A stretch of DNA of 51,495 nt. It comes from a bacterium (lineage in GTDB: Bacteria > Oederibacteriota > PGYV01 > Palsa-1178). Below are positions 8,135-18,062 of this stretch, piece after piece; position 1 is the stretch's first letter, and the number at the start of each line of letters is the position of its first letter. The translations under genes were made by a program, and so were the position numbers. The stretch spans positions 1 to 51,495 of the forward strand of contig JBAXIL010000008.1 in assembly GCA_037138355.1 (NCBI GenBank), read 5' to 3'. The notes beneath the pieces are model-generated. The model saw only the letters and a program-made list of their open reading frames with translations. It had not been told where the DNA came from and searched no databases.

Positions 8135-8797
8135 TTACACCTTATTAATGTCTTTCCTTACAGTTACCTTAACATTCTCTTCCTCGTCCTCTATAATTTT
8201 AACCCTTACGCCAGCTGCTTCAAAAACTGCTGCATCATCAGTAGGCTTTTTTGATTTCAAATTGCTTAATTCATATAATTTCAAAAGTTCCTTATACTTA
8301 AATCCTTGAGGGGTATGAGCCGTCCTCAATGTATTTCTATCTATAGTATTTTCTATGTAATTACCTTTTACTTTTTTGACTGTTGCAAAAATTCTATTTA
8401 CTGGAATAACTGCTTTTTCCTTTTTCAGTGCTGTTAAAATCTTTTTTATAAGAACTTTTCCTGCTTTTGGTCTGGCACCATCGTGTATCAAAACATTCTC
8501 TGGACCAAAAGCTTTTAGAAATGTTACAGCATTATAAACGGAGTTAAACCGTTCCGTCCCTCCGTTTATAATGCCAATTATCTTTTTATAGCCGTATTTG
8601 CGCGTCATTTTTCTTGCGTAGTCAGCATAAGCAGCTGAAACCACCAGCACCACAGCATCAATTAACGCTGTTTTTTCAAAATTATCAAGGCTTAAAGCCA
8701 GTATTTCTCTGCCTCTGACCTTAACAAACTGCTTTGGCAACTTGTGTTTAAACCGCTTGCCTCTACCGGCAGCAACGACTATAACCGCATTCTTCAT
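8135..8797 (-). CDS. ispD: 2-C-methyl-D-erythritol 4-phosphate cytidylyltransferase
   Basis: AAGRGKRF...PKQF, IHDGARP, TPQGF, TDDA; adjacent to ispF. Confidence 0.95.
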   Translation of the reverse strand: MKNAVIVVAAGRGKRFKHKLPKQFVKVRGREILALSLDNFEKTALIDAVVLVVSAAYADYARKMTRKYGYKKIIGIINGGTERFNSVYNAVTFLKAFGPENVLIHDGARPKAGKVLIKKILTALKKEKAVIPVNRIFATVKKVKGNYIENTIDRNTLRTAHTPQGFKYKELLKLYELSNLKSKKPTDDAAVFEAAGVRVKIIEDEEENVKVTVRKDINKV

Positions 8798-9573
8798 CTT
8801 TTATTATCTCTCCTATTGTCGTGCCTTGGATCTCTTCTATTATCGTTTCTATGCTCATTACTATAATCCTTACCAGTTATTTCAAACCTTGCGAAAATCA
8901 TTCTGCCAGCATCAGTTTGAAGTACATTCGTAACTACCACATCTATTTTTTTATTCATCATTCGCTTGGCGTCATCCACAACTATCATGGTGCCGTCATT
9001 TAAGTAAGCAATACCCTGCTCTTTTTCTTTACCTTCCTTAACGATTTTTACACTAATAGTTTCGCCTGGAAGAAAAGTAGGTTTAATAGAGTTGGAAAGG
9101 TCATTAATATTTAATACCTTCACTCCCTGAATCTCGGCAATTTTATTAAGATTAAAATCATTAGTCAGTATTTTTGCTCCGAGATCCTTTGCCATTGCCA
9201 CGAGCTTTTCATCTACCGCTCTGATTTCTTTGTAATCTCTGTCCATAATTTCCACAGAAACTCCTGGATTCTTTTTCAAAGCATTTAATAGATCAAGGCC
9301 TCGTCTGCCCTTATTTCTCTTCATATGGTCGGATGAATCAGCTATAAATTGAAGTTCTTGTAGGACAAAGCGTGGTACTATAAGTTGTCCTTCCATAAAA
9401 CCTGATTCACAAATATCATTAATCCTTCCATCAATAATAACGCTGGTATCGACCAATTTTTTCGACAGATTCATTTTCTTGATTTTTGCTTTATAAATTA
9501 TGAATTGGGCTATGATAATTATCAAGAAAATTACTGCTGTCACTACTGGTATTAAGTTTGTTAACATTGTCAT
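8794..9573 (-). CDS. PIN/TRAM domain membrane protein (YacL-like, short N-terminus)
   Basis: DTSVIIDGRI, ELQ.IADS.D..KR.KGRRGL, TNDFNLNK, YLNDGTMIVV, QTDAGRMIF; RBS AGGAGG before ATG 9573. Confidence 0.92.
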   Translation of the reverse strand: MTMLTNLIPVVTAVIFLIIIIAQFIIYKAKIKKMNLSKKLVDTSVIIDGRINDICESGFMEGQLIVPRFVLQELQFIADSSDHMKRNKGRRGLDLLNALKKNPGVSVEIMDRDYKEIRAVDEKLVAMAKDLGAKILTNDFNLNKIAEIQGVKVLNINDLSNSIKPTFLPGETISVKIVKEGKEKEQGIAYLNDGTMIVVDDAKRMMNKKIDVVVTNVLQTDAGRMIFARFEITGKDYSNEHRNDNRRDPRHDNRRDNKR

Positions 9574-9678
9574 TGTTTTCACCTCCTTTTATAATTTTTT
9601 ATAAACAAGTTAGAGTTCAAACTCCAAACTTTAAACTGATTTTTCCTATTTTGATACTCCAAACTGCCTTTATCTGTT

Positions 9679-11025
9679 TTAAATGAGTTTCTTCAGCTCA
9701 CTTATATTTCCAATTTTTATGATTTCCATAGTGGTCTTTATTGCTGCGCTTCTGGCTGGTATTACACAAGCAGAGAAACCAAGTCTTTGTGCTTCCAAAA
9801 CGCGTTGGTCTATGAACTGAACTGGTCTTACTTCACCATCAAGTCCGAGTTCTCCTATATAAGCCATTTTAGTTGACACCGGAGAATCCTTAAAACTGGA
9901 ATATATGGCCGCTGCCACACCTAAATCGCAGGCTGTTTCCATTATTTTTATTCCACCAGCCACATTAATAAAGATATCCTGATTTTCCAAGTGTAGTTCT
10001 AATTTTTTTTCAAGAATAGCAAGCACTATAAGGAACCTATTATAATCTATACCCGTGACTGTCCTTTGTGGTATGCCGTAGTTGCGTCTCGCTGTTAAGG
10101 CCTGTATTTCAAGCAATAAAGGTCTCGTGCCTTCCATTACAGTGACTATGCTCGAACCAGTTTTATTATCTTTTAAACTATCCAAAAGCATTTTTGAAGG
10201 GCTTTTAACTTCCTTTATACCTTCATTAGTCATTTCAAATATTCCTATTTCATTGGTTGAACCAAATCTGTTTTTTACTGCCCTAAGTATTTTAAACTGA
10301 TAATATTTTTCCGCCTCAAAATATAATACTGCATCTACCATATGTTCTAACATTTTCGGTCCTGCTATATTCCCATCTTTAGTGACATGTCCTATTATTA
10401 TTACAGGTATGCCACTTTTTTTGGCAGCATACAAAAGCTGTGCACAACTTTCTTTTACTTGTGTCACGCTACCAGCAACTGAATCCAAATCTTCTTTAAA
10501 GGTTGTTTGTATAGAATCTATGACCGCTAAGGCCGGTTTTTCTTTTTCCATTATTGATGTAATTTTTTCAATTCCAGTTTCAACAACAATGACAAGTTTA
10601 TCTGATTTCACGCCTGTCCTGTCTGCGCGTAATTTTATCTGTTCTAAAGATTCTTCTCCAGAAAAATACAGTACCTTATTTCCAAGTCCTGCCACTTTAT
10701 CTGCAATAGAAAGAGCAAGTGTAGATTTTCCTACTCCTGGTTCTCCGCCCATTAACACAAGCGAACCTTTTACAATGCCCCCTCCAAATACCCGATCTAT
10801 TTCTTCCATACCAGTTTTTATACGCTGTTCATTTTTCACATTGATATCAGCGAGAGCACTCATCTTTGTTTCGTCAAAACCACGGTATTCAGCCGACTTT
10901 TTTCTTTCAATAACGGTTTCTTCGATGTATGTATTAAACTCATTGCATACAGGACACTTTCCAAGCCATTTTGGCGAGGAAGCTCCGCATGACGAGCAAC
11001 TAAAAAAAGTCTTATTTTTTGCCAC
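9679..11025 (-). CDS. radA: DNA repair protein RadA/Sms
   Basis: C4 zinc finger, GEPGVGKST, KNRFG, Lon-like C-terminus. Confidence 0.97.
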   Translation of the reverse strand: MAKNKTFFSCSSCGASSPKWLGKCPVCNEFNTYIEETVIERKKSAEYRGFDETKMSALADINVKNEQRIKTGMEEIDRVFGGGIVKGSLVLMGGEPGVGKSTLALSIADKVAGLGNKVLYFSGEESLEQIKLRADRTGVKSDKLVIVVETGIEKITSIMEKEKPALAVIDSIQTTFKEDLDSVAGSVTQVKESCAQLLYAAKKSGIPVIIIGHVTKDGNIAGPKMLEHMVDAVLYFEAEKYYQFKILRAVKNRFGSTNEIGIFEMTNEGIKEVKSPSKMLLDSLKDNKTGSSIVTVMEGTRPLLLEIQALTARRNYGIPQRTVTGIDYNRFLIVLAILEKKLELHLENQDIFINVAGGIKIMETACDLGVAAAIYSSFKDSPVSTKMAYIGELGLDGEVRPVQFIDQRVLEAQRLGFSACVIPARSAAIKTTMEIIKIGNISELKKLI

Positions 11026-11040
11026 GCTATTCCTTTCATT

Positions 11041-11065
11041 TTGTCATCACGAAACGCAATGACAA
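11041..11065 (-). other. Intergenic 11-bp hairpin between thrS and radA
   Basis: TTGTCATTGCG-TTT-CGTGATGACAA with two G-U pairs; no U-tract. Confidence 0.55.
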
Positions 11066-11074
11066 TGCTTCTTA

Positions 11075-12994
11075 CTATATAGTTAAATCCTTACTTGCAA
11101 TCTTTCCTTTAACCATGGCTATAAAATCTTCCAATTTTACGTCTTTAGTTTCTTCGCCAGTGCGTTTTCTTACAGATACTGTATTTGTTTCCACTTCTTT
11201 ATCACCTATAATAAGCATATAAGGTATTTTATCCAGTGTCGCAGTTCTTATTTTGGCACCAATTTTTTCATTGTCATCATCAAGCTTTACTCTAATACCT
11301 GCTTCTTTTAATTTATCCACTAAAGCACCAGCTATAAGTGAGCTACGATCAGTCAAAGTAAGCACAGCAGTTTGAACTGGAGAGAGCCATACAGGAAAAG
11401 CCCCTTTGTAATGCTCAATTAAGATTCCAAAAAATCTTTCAAGTGAACCAAACAATGCTCTGTGTATCATTACTACCCTGTGCTCCTTACCATCTTTGCC
11501 TATGTAATTTACATCAAACCTATTTGGGAGATTAAAGTCCACCTGTATAGTAGAGCACTGCCAAGTTCTGTTTAACGCATCTTTTATTTTAATATCAATC
11601 TTTGGCCCATAAAAAGCTCCGCCACCTTCGTCCACACTGTATTTCAAACCAGCTTTTTCGAGAGTGCGTCTTAAAGCAGCTTCTGATATTTCCCAAGCGC
11701 TTGGTTCACCTATAAATTCTTTTGGCCTTGTACTTAAGAAAACTTCAAAACCTTCAAAACCAAAAGTTTTGAGTATGAAATGAATTATTTCAATAAGCTT
11801 ATCAAGCTCTTCATCTAATTGATCCTCGCGCAAAAATATATGCGCATCGTCTTGGGTAAACCCTCTTACACGCATTAAACCATGTAGAGTTCCTGACTTT
11901 TCATATCTATAAACAGTACCTAATTCTGCCCATCTTAGTGGCAGGTCGCGGTAACTTTTCATACTCGTTTGATATATAAGTATGTGAAACGGACAATTCA
12001 TTGGTTTTACCAAATATTCAGTTTCGTCCATAATCATTGATGGATACATAGAATCTTGATAAAAACCTGTATGTCCAGAAGTTTTCCATAAATCAATCTT
12101 TGCTACATGCGGAGTAAATAAAAGGTCATAACCGCGTTTTAAATGTTCATTTCTCCAAAAGTCCTCAATTTCTTTTCTTATCATAGCGCCTTTAGGGTGC
12201 CAGTATATCAAACCAGGTCCAAACTCTTCGTGCGTTGAAAAAAGGCTAAGCTCTTTTCCTATTTTTCTATGGTCTCGTAATTTAGCTTCTTCTAAAATCG
12301 TGAAATACTCATCAAGCATTTTCTGCTCTGGAAATGATATTCCGTATATGCGTTGCAACATTTTATTTTTTTCATCAGCACGCCAATAAGCACCAGATAT
12401 TTTTGTAAGCTTAAAAGCCTTTATTTTTTTAATAAGACCTATATGTGGGCCACGACATAAATCTGTAAACTTGTCCAAAGCATATAAGCTTACAGTCGGA
12501 GCATTTATTGCCTCAATGATTTCTACTTTATAATTTTCACCCAAACCAGTAAAAAATGTTATTGCTTCAGCTTTTGTGATTTCCGTACGCTTAAGTGCTG
12601 GATTAAGTTTAATGATATTTTTCATTTCTTCTTCAATTTTAAGTAAGTCTTCTTCTGAAAATGATTTATCCCTGTCAAAGTCATAGTAAAAACCCTCGTC
12701 TATGGAAGGACCTATAGTTACTTTTGTCTCAGGGTATAAGTTCTTTACAGCCGCAGCCATTAAATGTGAAGTAGAGTGCCAAAAAACCGCCTTGCCTTCA
12801 GCATCATTAAAGGTAATAACCTTCATAAATCCACCTTCGAAAATAGGAGCACCCATATCAAAAAGATTTTCTCCAACTTTAACAACCAATGCCCCAGTTA
12901 AATCGGCTCCAGCTTCCTTTAAAATATCAGAAGCTCTTTTTCCTGTCTCTGCTTCTATCTCTTTTCCATTTAGAATTAACTTTATAGTTGCCAT
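11075..12994 (-). CDS. thrS: Threonine--tRNA ligase
   Basis: TGS domain, HSTSHLMA, DLCRGPH, KPMNCP, RVRGFTQDDAH. Confidence 0.98.
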   Translation of the reverse strand: MATIKLILNGKEIEAETGKRASDILKEAGADLTGALVVKVGENLFDMGAPIFEGGFMKVITFNDAEGKAVFWHSTSHLMAAAVKNLYPETKVTIGPSIDEGFYYDFDRDKSFSEEDLLKIEEEMKNIIKLNPALKRTEITKAEAITFFTGLGENYKVEIIEAINAPTVSLYALDKFTDLCRGPHIGLIKKIKAFKLTKISGAYWRADEKNKMLQRIYGISFPEQKMLDEYFTILEEAKLRDHRKIGKELSLFSTHEEFGPGLIYWHPKGAMIRKEIEDFWRNEHLKRGYDLLFTPHVAKIDLWKTSGHTGFYQDSMYPSMIMDETEYLVKPMNCPFHILIYQTSMKSYRDLPLRWAELGTVYRYEKSGTLHGLMRVRGFTQDDAHIFLREDQLDEELDKLIEIIHFILKTFGFEGFEVFLSTRPKEFIGEPSAWEISEAALRRTLEKAGLKYSVDEGGGAFYGPKIDIKIKDALNRTWQCSTIQVDFNLPNRFDVNYIGKDGKEHRVVMIHRALFGSLERFFGILIEHYKGAFPVWLSPVQTAVLTLTDRSSLIAGALVDKLKEAGIRVKLDDDNEKIGAKIRTATLDKIPYMLIIGDKEVETNTVSVRKRTGEETKDVKLEDFIAMVKGKIASKDLTI

Positions 12995-13006
12995 AGTGAT
13001 CTCCTA

Positions 13007-13642
13007 TTACTCAGCTTTAGTCTTATTTGTAAGAAAGAAAGTCAATTGCTCAAGCTCAAGCGCCACATCTACATTTCTCACAATAATTTTTTCGTCCTTT
13101 AAGTGCTTTCCAGCAAAATTCAAGACTCCCTTAATGCCAGTTTCCTTTATTCTCGCCATAACAGGGTCCAAAGAATCTTTAGGAGTAGTAATCACCACAA
13201 TATCTATCTTTTCTTTCTTTATTATTTTTTCTATTTCATCCAAGTGATATATCCTCACCCCATCAAGCTCCCAACCCACTTTTGCTGGGTCCACATCAAA
13301 ACCTGCTATGACACGAAAACCTCTTGCTTGAAATCCTGGATACATAAGAAGTGCTCTGCCCAAATTACCTGTACCGACTACAGCCAAACGCCACTGTTTG
13401 TGAGTACCAAGTATTTTGGATATGTGTTCTTTCAATTGTTCTACATGATAGCCAAATCCACGACGGCCAAACTTTCCAAAATACGCAAGGTCTTTTCTAA
13501 CCTGAGCTGGATTTAAACCTATACTCTGAGCCACTTGCCCAGAAGAAGCATACTCTACCCCACTTGAAGCAAGCTCAGCAAAGCATTTCAAATACAATGA
13601 CAAGCGATTAACAGTAGGAAGTGGTATCTTGTTATTTGGCAT
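13007..13642 (-). CDS. rex: Redox-sensing transcriptional repressor Rex
   Basis: IP.PT..RL..Y, QVRKDLAYFG.FG.RG.GY, VGTGNLG.AL, LNFA; start moved to ATG 13642. Confidence 0.96.
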   Translation of the reverse strand: MPNNKIPLPTVNRLSLYLKCFAELASSGVEYASSGQVAQSIGLNPAQVRKDLAYFGKFGRRGFGYHVEQLKEHISKILGTHKQWRLAVVGTGNLGRALLMYPGFQARGFRVIAGFDVDPAKVGWELDGVRIYHLDEIEKIIKKEKIDIVVITTPKDSLDPVMARIKETGIKGVLNFAGKHLKDEKIIVRNVDVALELEQLTFFLTNKTKAE

Positions 13643-15239
13643 TTTCATCCCCCTTATCCACAACATTGAAATTAATTATATCATTTAATTTAAAGGAATT
13701 ATGATCATGTGTTTTTATGTAATCATCTATCTGTTTTTGCTCTTCAGTTGCTTCTAAATCTTTGGCAATTAAAAATATTTTTTTTGAATCAATATCTATC
13801 TTGTTAATTTTAACTTTAATGACATCTCCAATTTTATTTCTTAATTTAGCATGATTTCTTATACTTATCTTCGAAACAACACCTTCTGCCAATAACACTG
13901 TTACCGAAGCTTCATCAATAGCTGTTATTTTAGCATCTATATATGCGCCTTCTTTATATTTAGTTGTAAAAATTGTCCAAGGAGAAGCATGCATTTGTTT
14001 TAAACCAAGCATAATTTTGTATTTGCTCTTGTCTATTTCCATTATCTTAAACTCTTTTTTCTCACCAGGTACTAACACTTCAGAGATTTTGGTAAAAACA
14101 TTCCAAGATATGTTCGAGGTATGTAAGAAAGCGTCTATGTTTTCCTCAAGTTCTATCTCCGCACCTTCTCCATCAATTAAGGTCCTAATTGTTCCAAATA
14201 CTCTTGCCCCTACTGGATAGCGTTCTTCCATATTATTCCAAGGGTTTTTCTCAAGACGCTTAACGCTTAGTATTACTCTATTTTTTATTTCATCTATTTT
14301 TAACACACAGGTTTTAATAACATCACTTTTTTTATAAATAACTGAGGCATCTTTAATCCTGCGAAAATATGAAAGTTCTCCGAGAGGAACAAATCCTTCC
14401 AAACCTTCATTGACAGACACTGACACCCCTTCAGGAAATATTTCTTTTACAACAGCATCTAACCTATCTCCAGGTTTGAAATTATCTGAAAATGATTTAA
14501 AAGGATTTTCCTTAAGTCTTTTTAAACTTAATTGTGCCCTACCTTTTTCATAATTTACAACCATAACATCTATTATATCGCCCTCTTTAAACCCTTCTTC
14601 TTCTGGGGTGGAAGATGCCTTCCAAGAAAGTTCTGCAAAAGGAATGAAAACCTTCATTAATTCTTTTTCCACTTCTATACCATCAGGAAGCACTTGTCCT
14701 ACGGTGACTGAAACTTTTTCATTTAATGGATATATCTTTATCACGGCTTCTGTATCAGTTTTATCTTTTTCTGTCACATATTCTTTATAAGAGACAACCA
14801 CATTTCTTTTTTCTTCGTCTAACTGTATAATTTTCAAAGGTAGTTTTTTTCCAACAATATCTTCGCCATATGCTTTTGAATGAGACATAGGAAGAAAGGC
14901 CGTAACATTTGCTCCAAAATCAATAATAAATCCACCCTTAACTGCTTTTGTAACTACACCTTCAATAAAACCACCATCTTTGAAAGAGTTCTTTACTTTA
15001 CCAAACACTATTTTTTTATCAGCTATAATTTTCGAGAGCACAACAAAACCATCTTGGGTTTCAACTCTTTTTACATGAACATCAATATCATCACCTTCAT
15101 TTACGAAATCATAATAAGTATATTTTGAAGTTTCCTCTTTTGGAATAACGCCTTCCGACTTATAATTGATATTTACAAATATCTCACCTTCACTTTTTCT
15201 TAATACTTTACCTTTAATTATCATACCGTCTCTAATCAT
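13632..15239 (-). CDS. rpsA: 30S ribosomal protein bS1 (divergent, six S1-like domains)
   Basis: KSEGVIP, VKGGFIID...FLPMSH and repeated ELS(W/Y)...LS.K...NP(W/F) units; follows ispH with ATGA overlap. Confidence 0.85.
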   Translation of the reverse strand: MIRDGMIIKGKVLRKSEGEIFVNINYKSEGVIPKEETSKYTYYDFVNEGDDIDVHVKRVETQDGFVVLSKIIADKKIVFGKVKNSFKDGGFIEGVVTKAVKGGFIIDFGANVTAFLPMSHSKAYGEDIVGKKLPLKIIQLDEEKRNVVVSYKEYVTEKDKTDTEAVIKIYPLNEKVSVTVGQVLPDGIEVEKELMKVFIPFAELSWKASSTPEEEGFKEGDIIDVMVVNYEKGRAQLSLKRLKENPFKSFSDNFKPGDRLDAVVKEIFPEGVSVSVNEGLEGFVPLGELSYFRRIKDASVIYKKSDVIKTCVLKIDEIKNRVILSVKRLEKNPWNNMEERYPVGARVFGTIRTLIDGEGAEIELEENIDAFLHTSNISWNVFTKISEVLVPGEKKEFKIMEIDKSKYKIMLGLKQMHASPWTIFTTKYKEGAYIDAKITAIDEASVTVLLAEGVVSKISIRNHAKLRNKIGDVIKVKINKIDIDSKKIFLIAKDLEATEEQKQIDDYIKTHDHNSFKLNDIINFNVVDKGDENAK

Positions 15240-16102
15240 TTGTCGTCTCCGATTTTCCTGATTTTCATTACTACTTCATTTATCACATCCGCTGGCGTTG
15301 ATGCCCCAGCGCTTACTCCAACATTTTTCTTTCCTTTAAACCATATTTTTTTTATTTCTTTTGAATCTTCCACATAATATACATCTTTAAGCAGTTCAGC
15401 ACTAATTTCATACAAGCGCTTCGTATTTGCGCTGTTTTTTCCACCCACTATGACCATAATGTCAGACTTGCCAGCCAGTTCCATAGTGGCCTTCTGCCTG
15501 TTTTTTGTAGCATCACAGATAGTATTAAAAACCCGCACTTCTGCATACTTATTTAAGAACGCTTTTTTCTCTATCCCAGCTATTATTGCAGAATATACTT
15601 CTGTATTTTGTGTCGTCTGCGCTACTATTCCTATTTTTTCTTTCATCTGCAGTTTGCCTATGTCTTCAACACGGCTAACCACCACACCATTACCATGTGT
15701 GTATCCCATAATTCCCTTAACCTCAAGATGCTCAGCATCTCCTACGATAATGATTTGGTAATTTTCTATAGTCAACTTTTTTACTATATGATGTATCTTC
15801 TTCACATAAGGACAAGTAGTATCAAGCAAACTCCCACACTTTTCTTTAAGTAATTGTTCCTCTTCTTCAGTTATTCCGTGTGTGCTAACTATGACATCAG
15901 AACCTTTTTTAATCTCAGAAATCAAATTCACATGCTGTGCCCCAGCCTTTTCAAGCTTGGCAGTTTCTTGCGGGTTATGTATTATCTCGTGGAAAGAATA
16001 TAGCTTCTTTCCTTTTTTATCTTTAGCGTATTTATATGCCATTTCCACGGCTCTTTCCACGCCAAAACAAAAACCCGAGCTTTCAGCAAGTACAACTTTC
16101 AT
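15236..16102 (-). CDS. ispH: 4-hydroxy-3-methylbut-2-enyl diphosphate reductase
   Basis: GFCFGV, DTTCPYV, NTICDAT..RQ, SAGASTP. Confidence 0.97.
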   Translation of the reverse strand: MKVVLAESSGFCFGVERAVEMAYKYAKDKKGKKLYSFHEIIHNPQETAKLEKAGAQHVNLISEIKKGSDVIVSTHGITEEEEQLLKEKCGSLLDTTCPYVKKIHHIVKKLTIENYQIIIVGDAEHLEVKGIMGYTHGNGVVVSRVEDIGKLQMKEKIGIVAQTTQNTEVYSAIIAGIEKKAFLNKYAEVRVFNTICDATKNRQKATMELAGKSDIMVIVGGKNSANTKRLYEISAELLKDVYYVEDSKEIKKIWFKGKKNVGVSAGASTPADVINEVVMKIRKIGDDK

Positions 16103-16773
16103 TTTCTTACCTTTAAGTGCATGCTAATTTGTTTTTCTTTAAGCCGTTTTATAGCAGCCATTATTATTCCTGTTATTTCGATATAAGTTTCTTTATTGTC
16201 TGTCTTTAGAAACTGAGCATCAAATGAAAGCGGTTCACCATATATGACTTCCAACTTTTTAAAAGGCGTAGGAAATAAGCTTGATTTTTTCCACGCCTGA
16301 AATCCACCTGCTATATATGCCGGTATAACCTTACATTTTGATTTATAAACAAGCATTCCAGTACCTGCTTTACCTTCATGTATTTCTCCATCAGTACTTC
16401 TGGTGCCTTCTGGAAAGAGACCAACTATATGTCCTTCCTGAACTGTTGTTATTACTTTATCCCAGGCATTTCTATCAACAGTTGCTCTCTTGATAGGTAT
16501 GGCACCAAGATAATGCAAAAAATCCCATCCCTGAAATAATGTGTCACGCGCCATAAAATGATACATTCTGCGCCAGGTGCTTATGCCTATCAAAGGAGGA
16601 TCAAAAAAGCTTGAGTGATTGGCCGCTACAATAAATCCGCCTTTAGAAGGAATATTTTTTGAATCAATAATTTTTGTAAAATAAAAGCACCTAAGGACAA
16701 ACCAAAGGAAGCCCTTAATAAAATTATGAATTACAATAACGAAAAAGTGGTCTATTGCTTCTGTGAGTTTCAT
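16099..16773 (-). CDS. plsC: 1-acyl-sn-glycerol-3-phosphate acyltransferase
   Basis: NHSSFFD and FPEGTRS motifs. Confidence 0.9.
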   Translation of the reverse strand: MKLTEAIDHFFVIVIHNFIKGFLWFVLRCFYFTKIIDSKNIPSKGGFIVAANHSSFFDPPLIGISTWRRMYHFMARDTLFQGWDFLHYLGAIPIKRATVDRNAWDKVITTVQEGHIVGLFPEGTRSTDGEIHEGKAGTGMLVYKSKCKVIPAYIAGGFQAWKKSSLFPTPFKKLEVIYGEPLSFDAQFLKTDNKETYIEITGIIMAAIKRLKEKQISMHLKVRK

Positions 16774-18062
16774 TATTTTACCGATAGCTTCTTCATAATT
16801 TCAAAGAAATCTGGAAATGAAGTATTTACACACTCCACATCCTTAATCAAAAGCCCGTTTTCTCCTGATAAAGCCGCAACAGAAAAAGCCATAGCAATCC
16901 TGTGATCCGAAAAAGAATCTATGTCAGCATACTTAAACGGCAAACCGCCATTTCCGTGTATTATCATTCCATCAGGCAGTTCTTCTGCTTTAATACCTAT
17001 TCTGTTTAGGTTTTTAACTACTGTCTGTATTCTGTCTGTTTCCTTAAAACGCAACTCTTTCGCATCTTTAATAATCGTTTTGCCAGTGGCAAAAGCAGCG
17101 GCAACAGCAATCACTGGAATCTCGTCAATTAATTTTGGTATCATAGCGCCGCCGATAGTGATACCCTTTAGCTTTGAAGTAGAAGCGATTATATCTCCTA
17201 TAGGCTCGTTATTTTTAATTTTTACACCAGTTATTTTAATCTTACCACCCATTTTTTTCATAACTTCTATTAGCCCTACACGCGTTGGATTTAAACCTAC
17301 ATTTTTAATTTTAATCACAGAGTTTTTCATCATAAGCCCAGCTATTATAAAATATGCTGCGGATGATATATCACCAGGAACAAAAACTGGCTTTGCTTTC
17401 ATTTCTTTTCCTGGCTTTATTGTAATTAATCCCTTTGACTGCGTTATAGGTGCTCCAAAATATTTCAACATTCTTTCCGTATGATCTCTTGAGACTACTG
17501 GTTCTTTTATAACAGTTTTGCCTCTGGCACTAAGTGCCGCTAACATTACTGCTGATTTTACCTGTGCGCTTGCCATAGGCATTTTATATTCTATACCCTT
17601 AAGCGTGCCACCATGTATTATGACTGGGGATTTGCCTTGATTGCTTTCAAACTTTGCTCCCATTAGTATAAGTGGTTCCATAACTCGTGCCATAGGTCTT
17701 TTAACTATCTGATTATCTCCTGTAATCACAGAAGTAAAGTTCTTAGCAGATAAAACGCCTATAGTTAATCTTATACTTGTTCCAGAATTGCCAACATCCA
17801 AAGTCTCAGGAGACTGCCTTAAAGCTCCAGCTCCTCTTCCATGTATATAATATTTATCTTTTATCTTTTCAATTTTCACGCCAAGCTCACGATATACTTT
17901 AATGGTATTTAAAGTATCTTCTGCTTCCAGAAAATTGGTAACAACAGTGGTGCCTTTGGCCATACTTCCAATAATTATAGCCCTATGCGATATTGATTTG
18001 TCACCTTGAACATTCACTGTTTTTTTACAGTTTTTCGCTGGTCCTACATGCATCTTTTTCAT
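16773..18062 (-). CDS. aroA: 3-phosphoshikimate 1-carboxyvinyltransferase
   Basis: GDKSISHR, GNSGT, SAQVKSA, RDHTE, KETDR, DHRIAM. Confidence 0.97.
   Translation of the reverse strand: MKKMHVGPAKNCKKTVNVQGDKSISHRAIIIGSMAKGTTVVTNFLEAEDTLNTIKVYRELGVKIEKIKDKYYIHGRGAGALRQSPETLDVGNSGTSIRLTIGVLSAKNFTSVITGDNQIVKRPMARVMEPLILMGAKFESNQGKSPVIIHGGTLKGIEYKMPMASAQVKSAVMLAALSARGKTVIKEPVVSRDHTERMLKYFGAPITQSKGLITIKPGKEMKAKPVFVPGDISSAAYFIIAGLMMKNSVIKIKNVGLNPTRVGLIEVMKKMGGKIKITGVKIKNNEPIGDIIASTSKLKGITIGGAMIPKLIDEIPVIAVAAAFATGKTIIKDAKELRFKETDRIQTVVKNLNRIGIKAEELPDGMIIHGNGGLPFKYADIDSFSDHRIAMAFSVAALSGENGLLIKDVECVNTSFPDFFEIMKKLSVK

Noticed and set aside
10382..11062. 226-aa + strand ORF, and other long + ORFs such as 12702-13247, 16921-17484, 31418-32227 and 39745-40287
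   Set aside because: Antisense to well-supported conserved genes; no recognisable motifs
13653..13661. Perfect DnaA box TTATCCACA
   Set aside because: Single copy inside the rpsA coding end; no cluster or unwinding element
15236..15239. Frameshifted ispH-rpsA fusion as in some Firmicutes
   Set aside because: Clean ATGA overlap with an upstream GGAG; both proteins look complete
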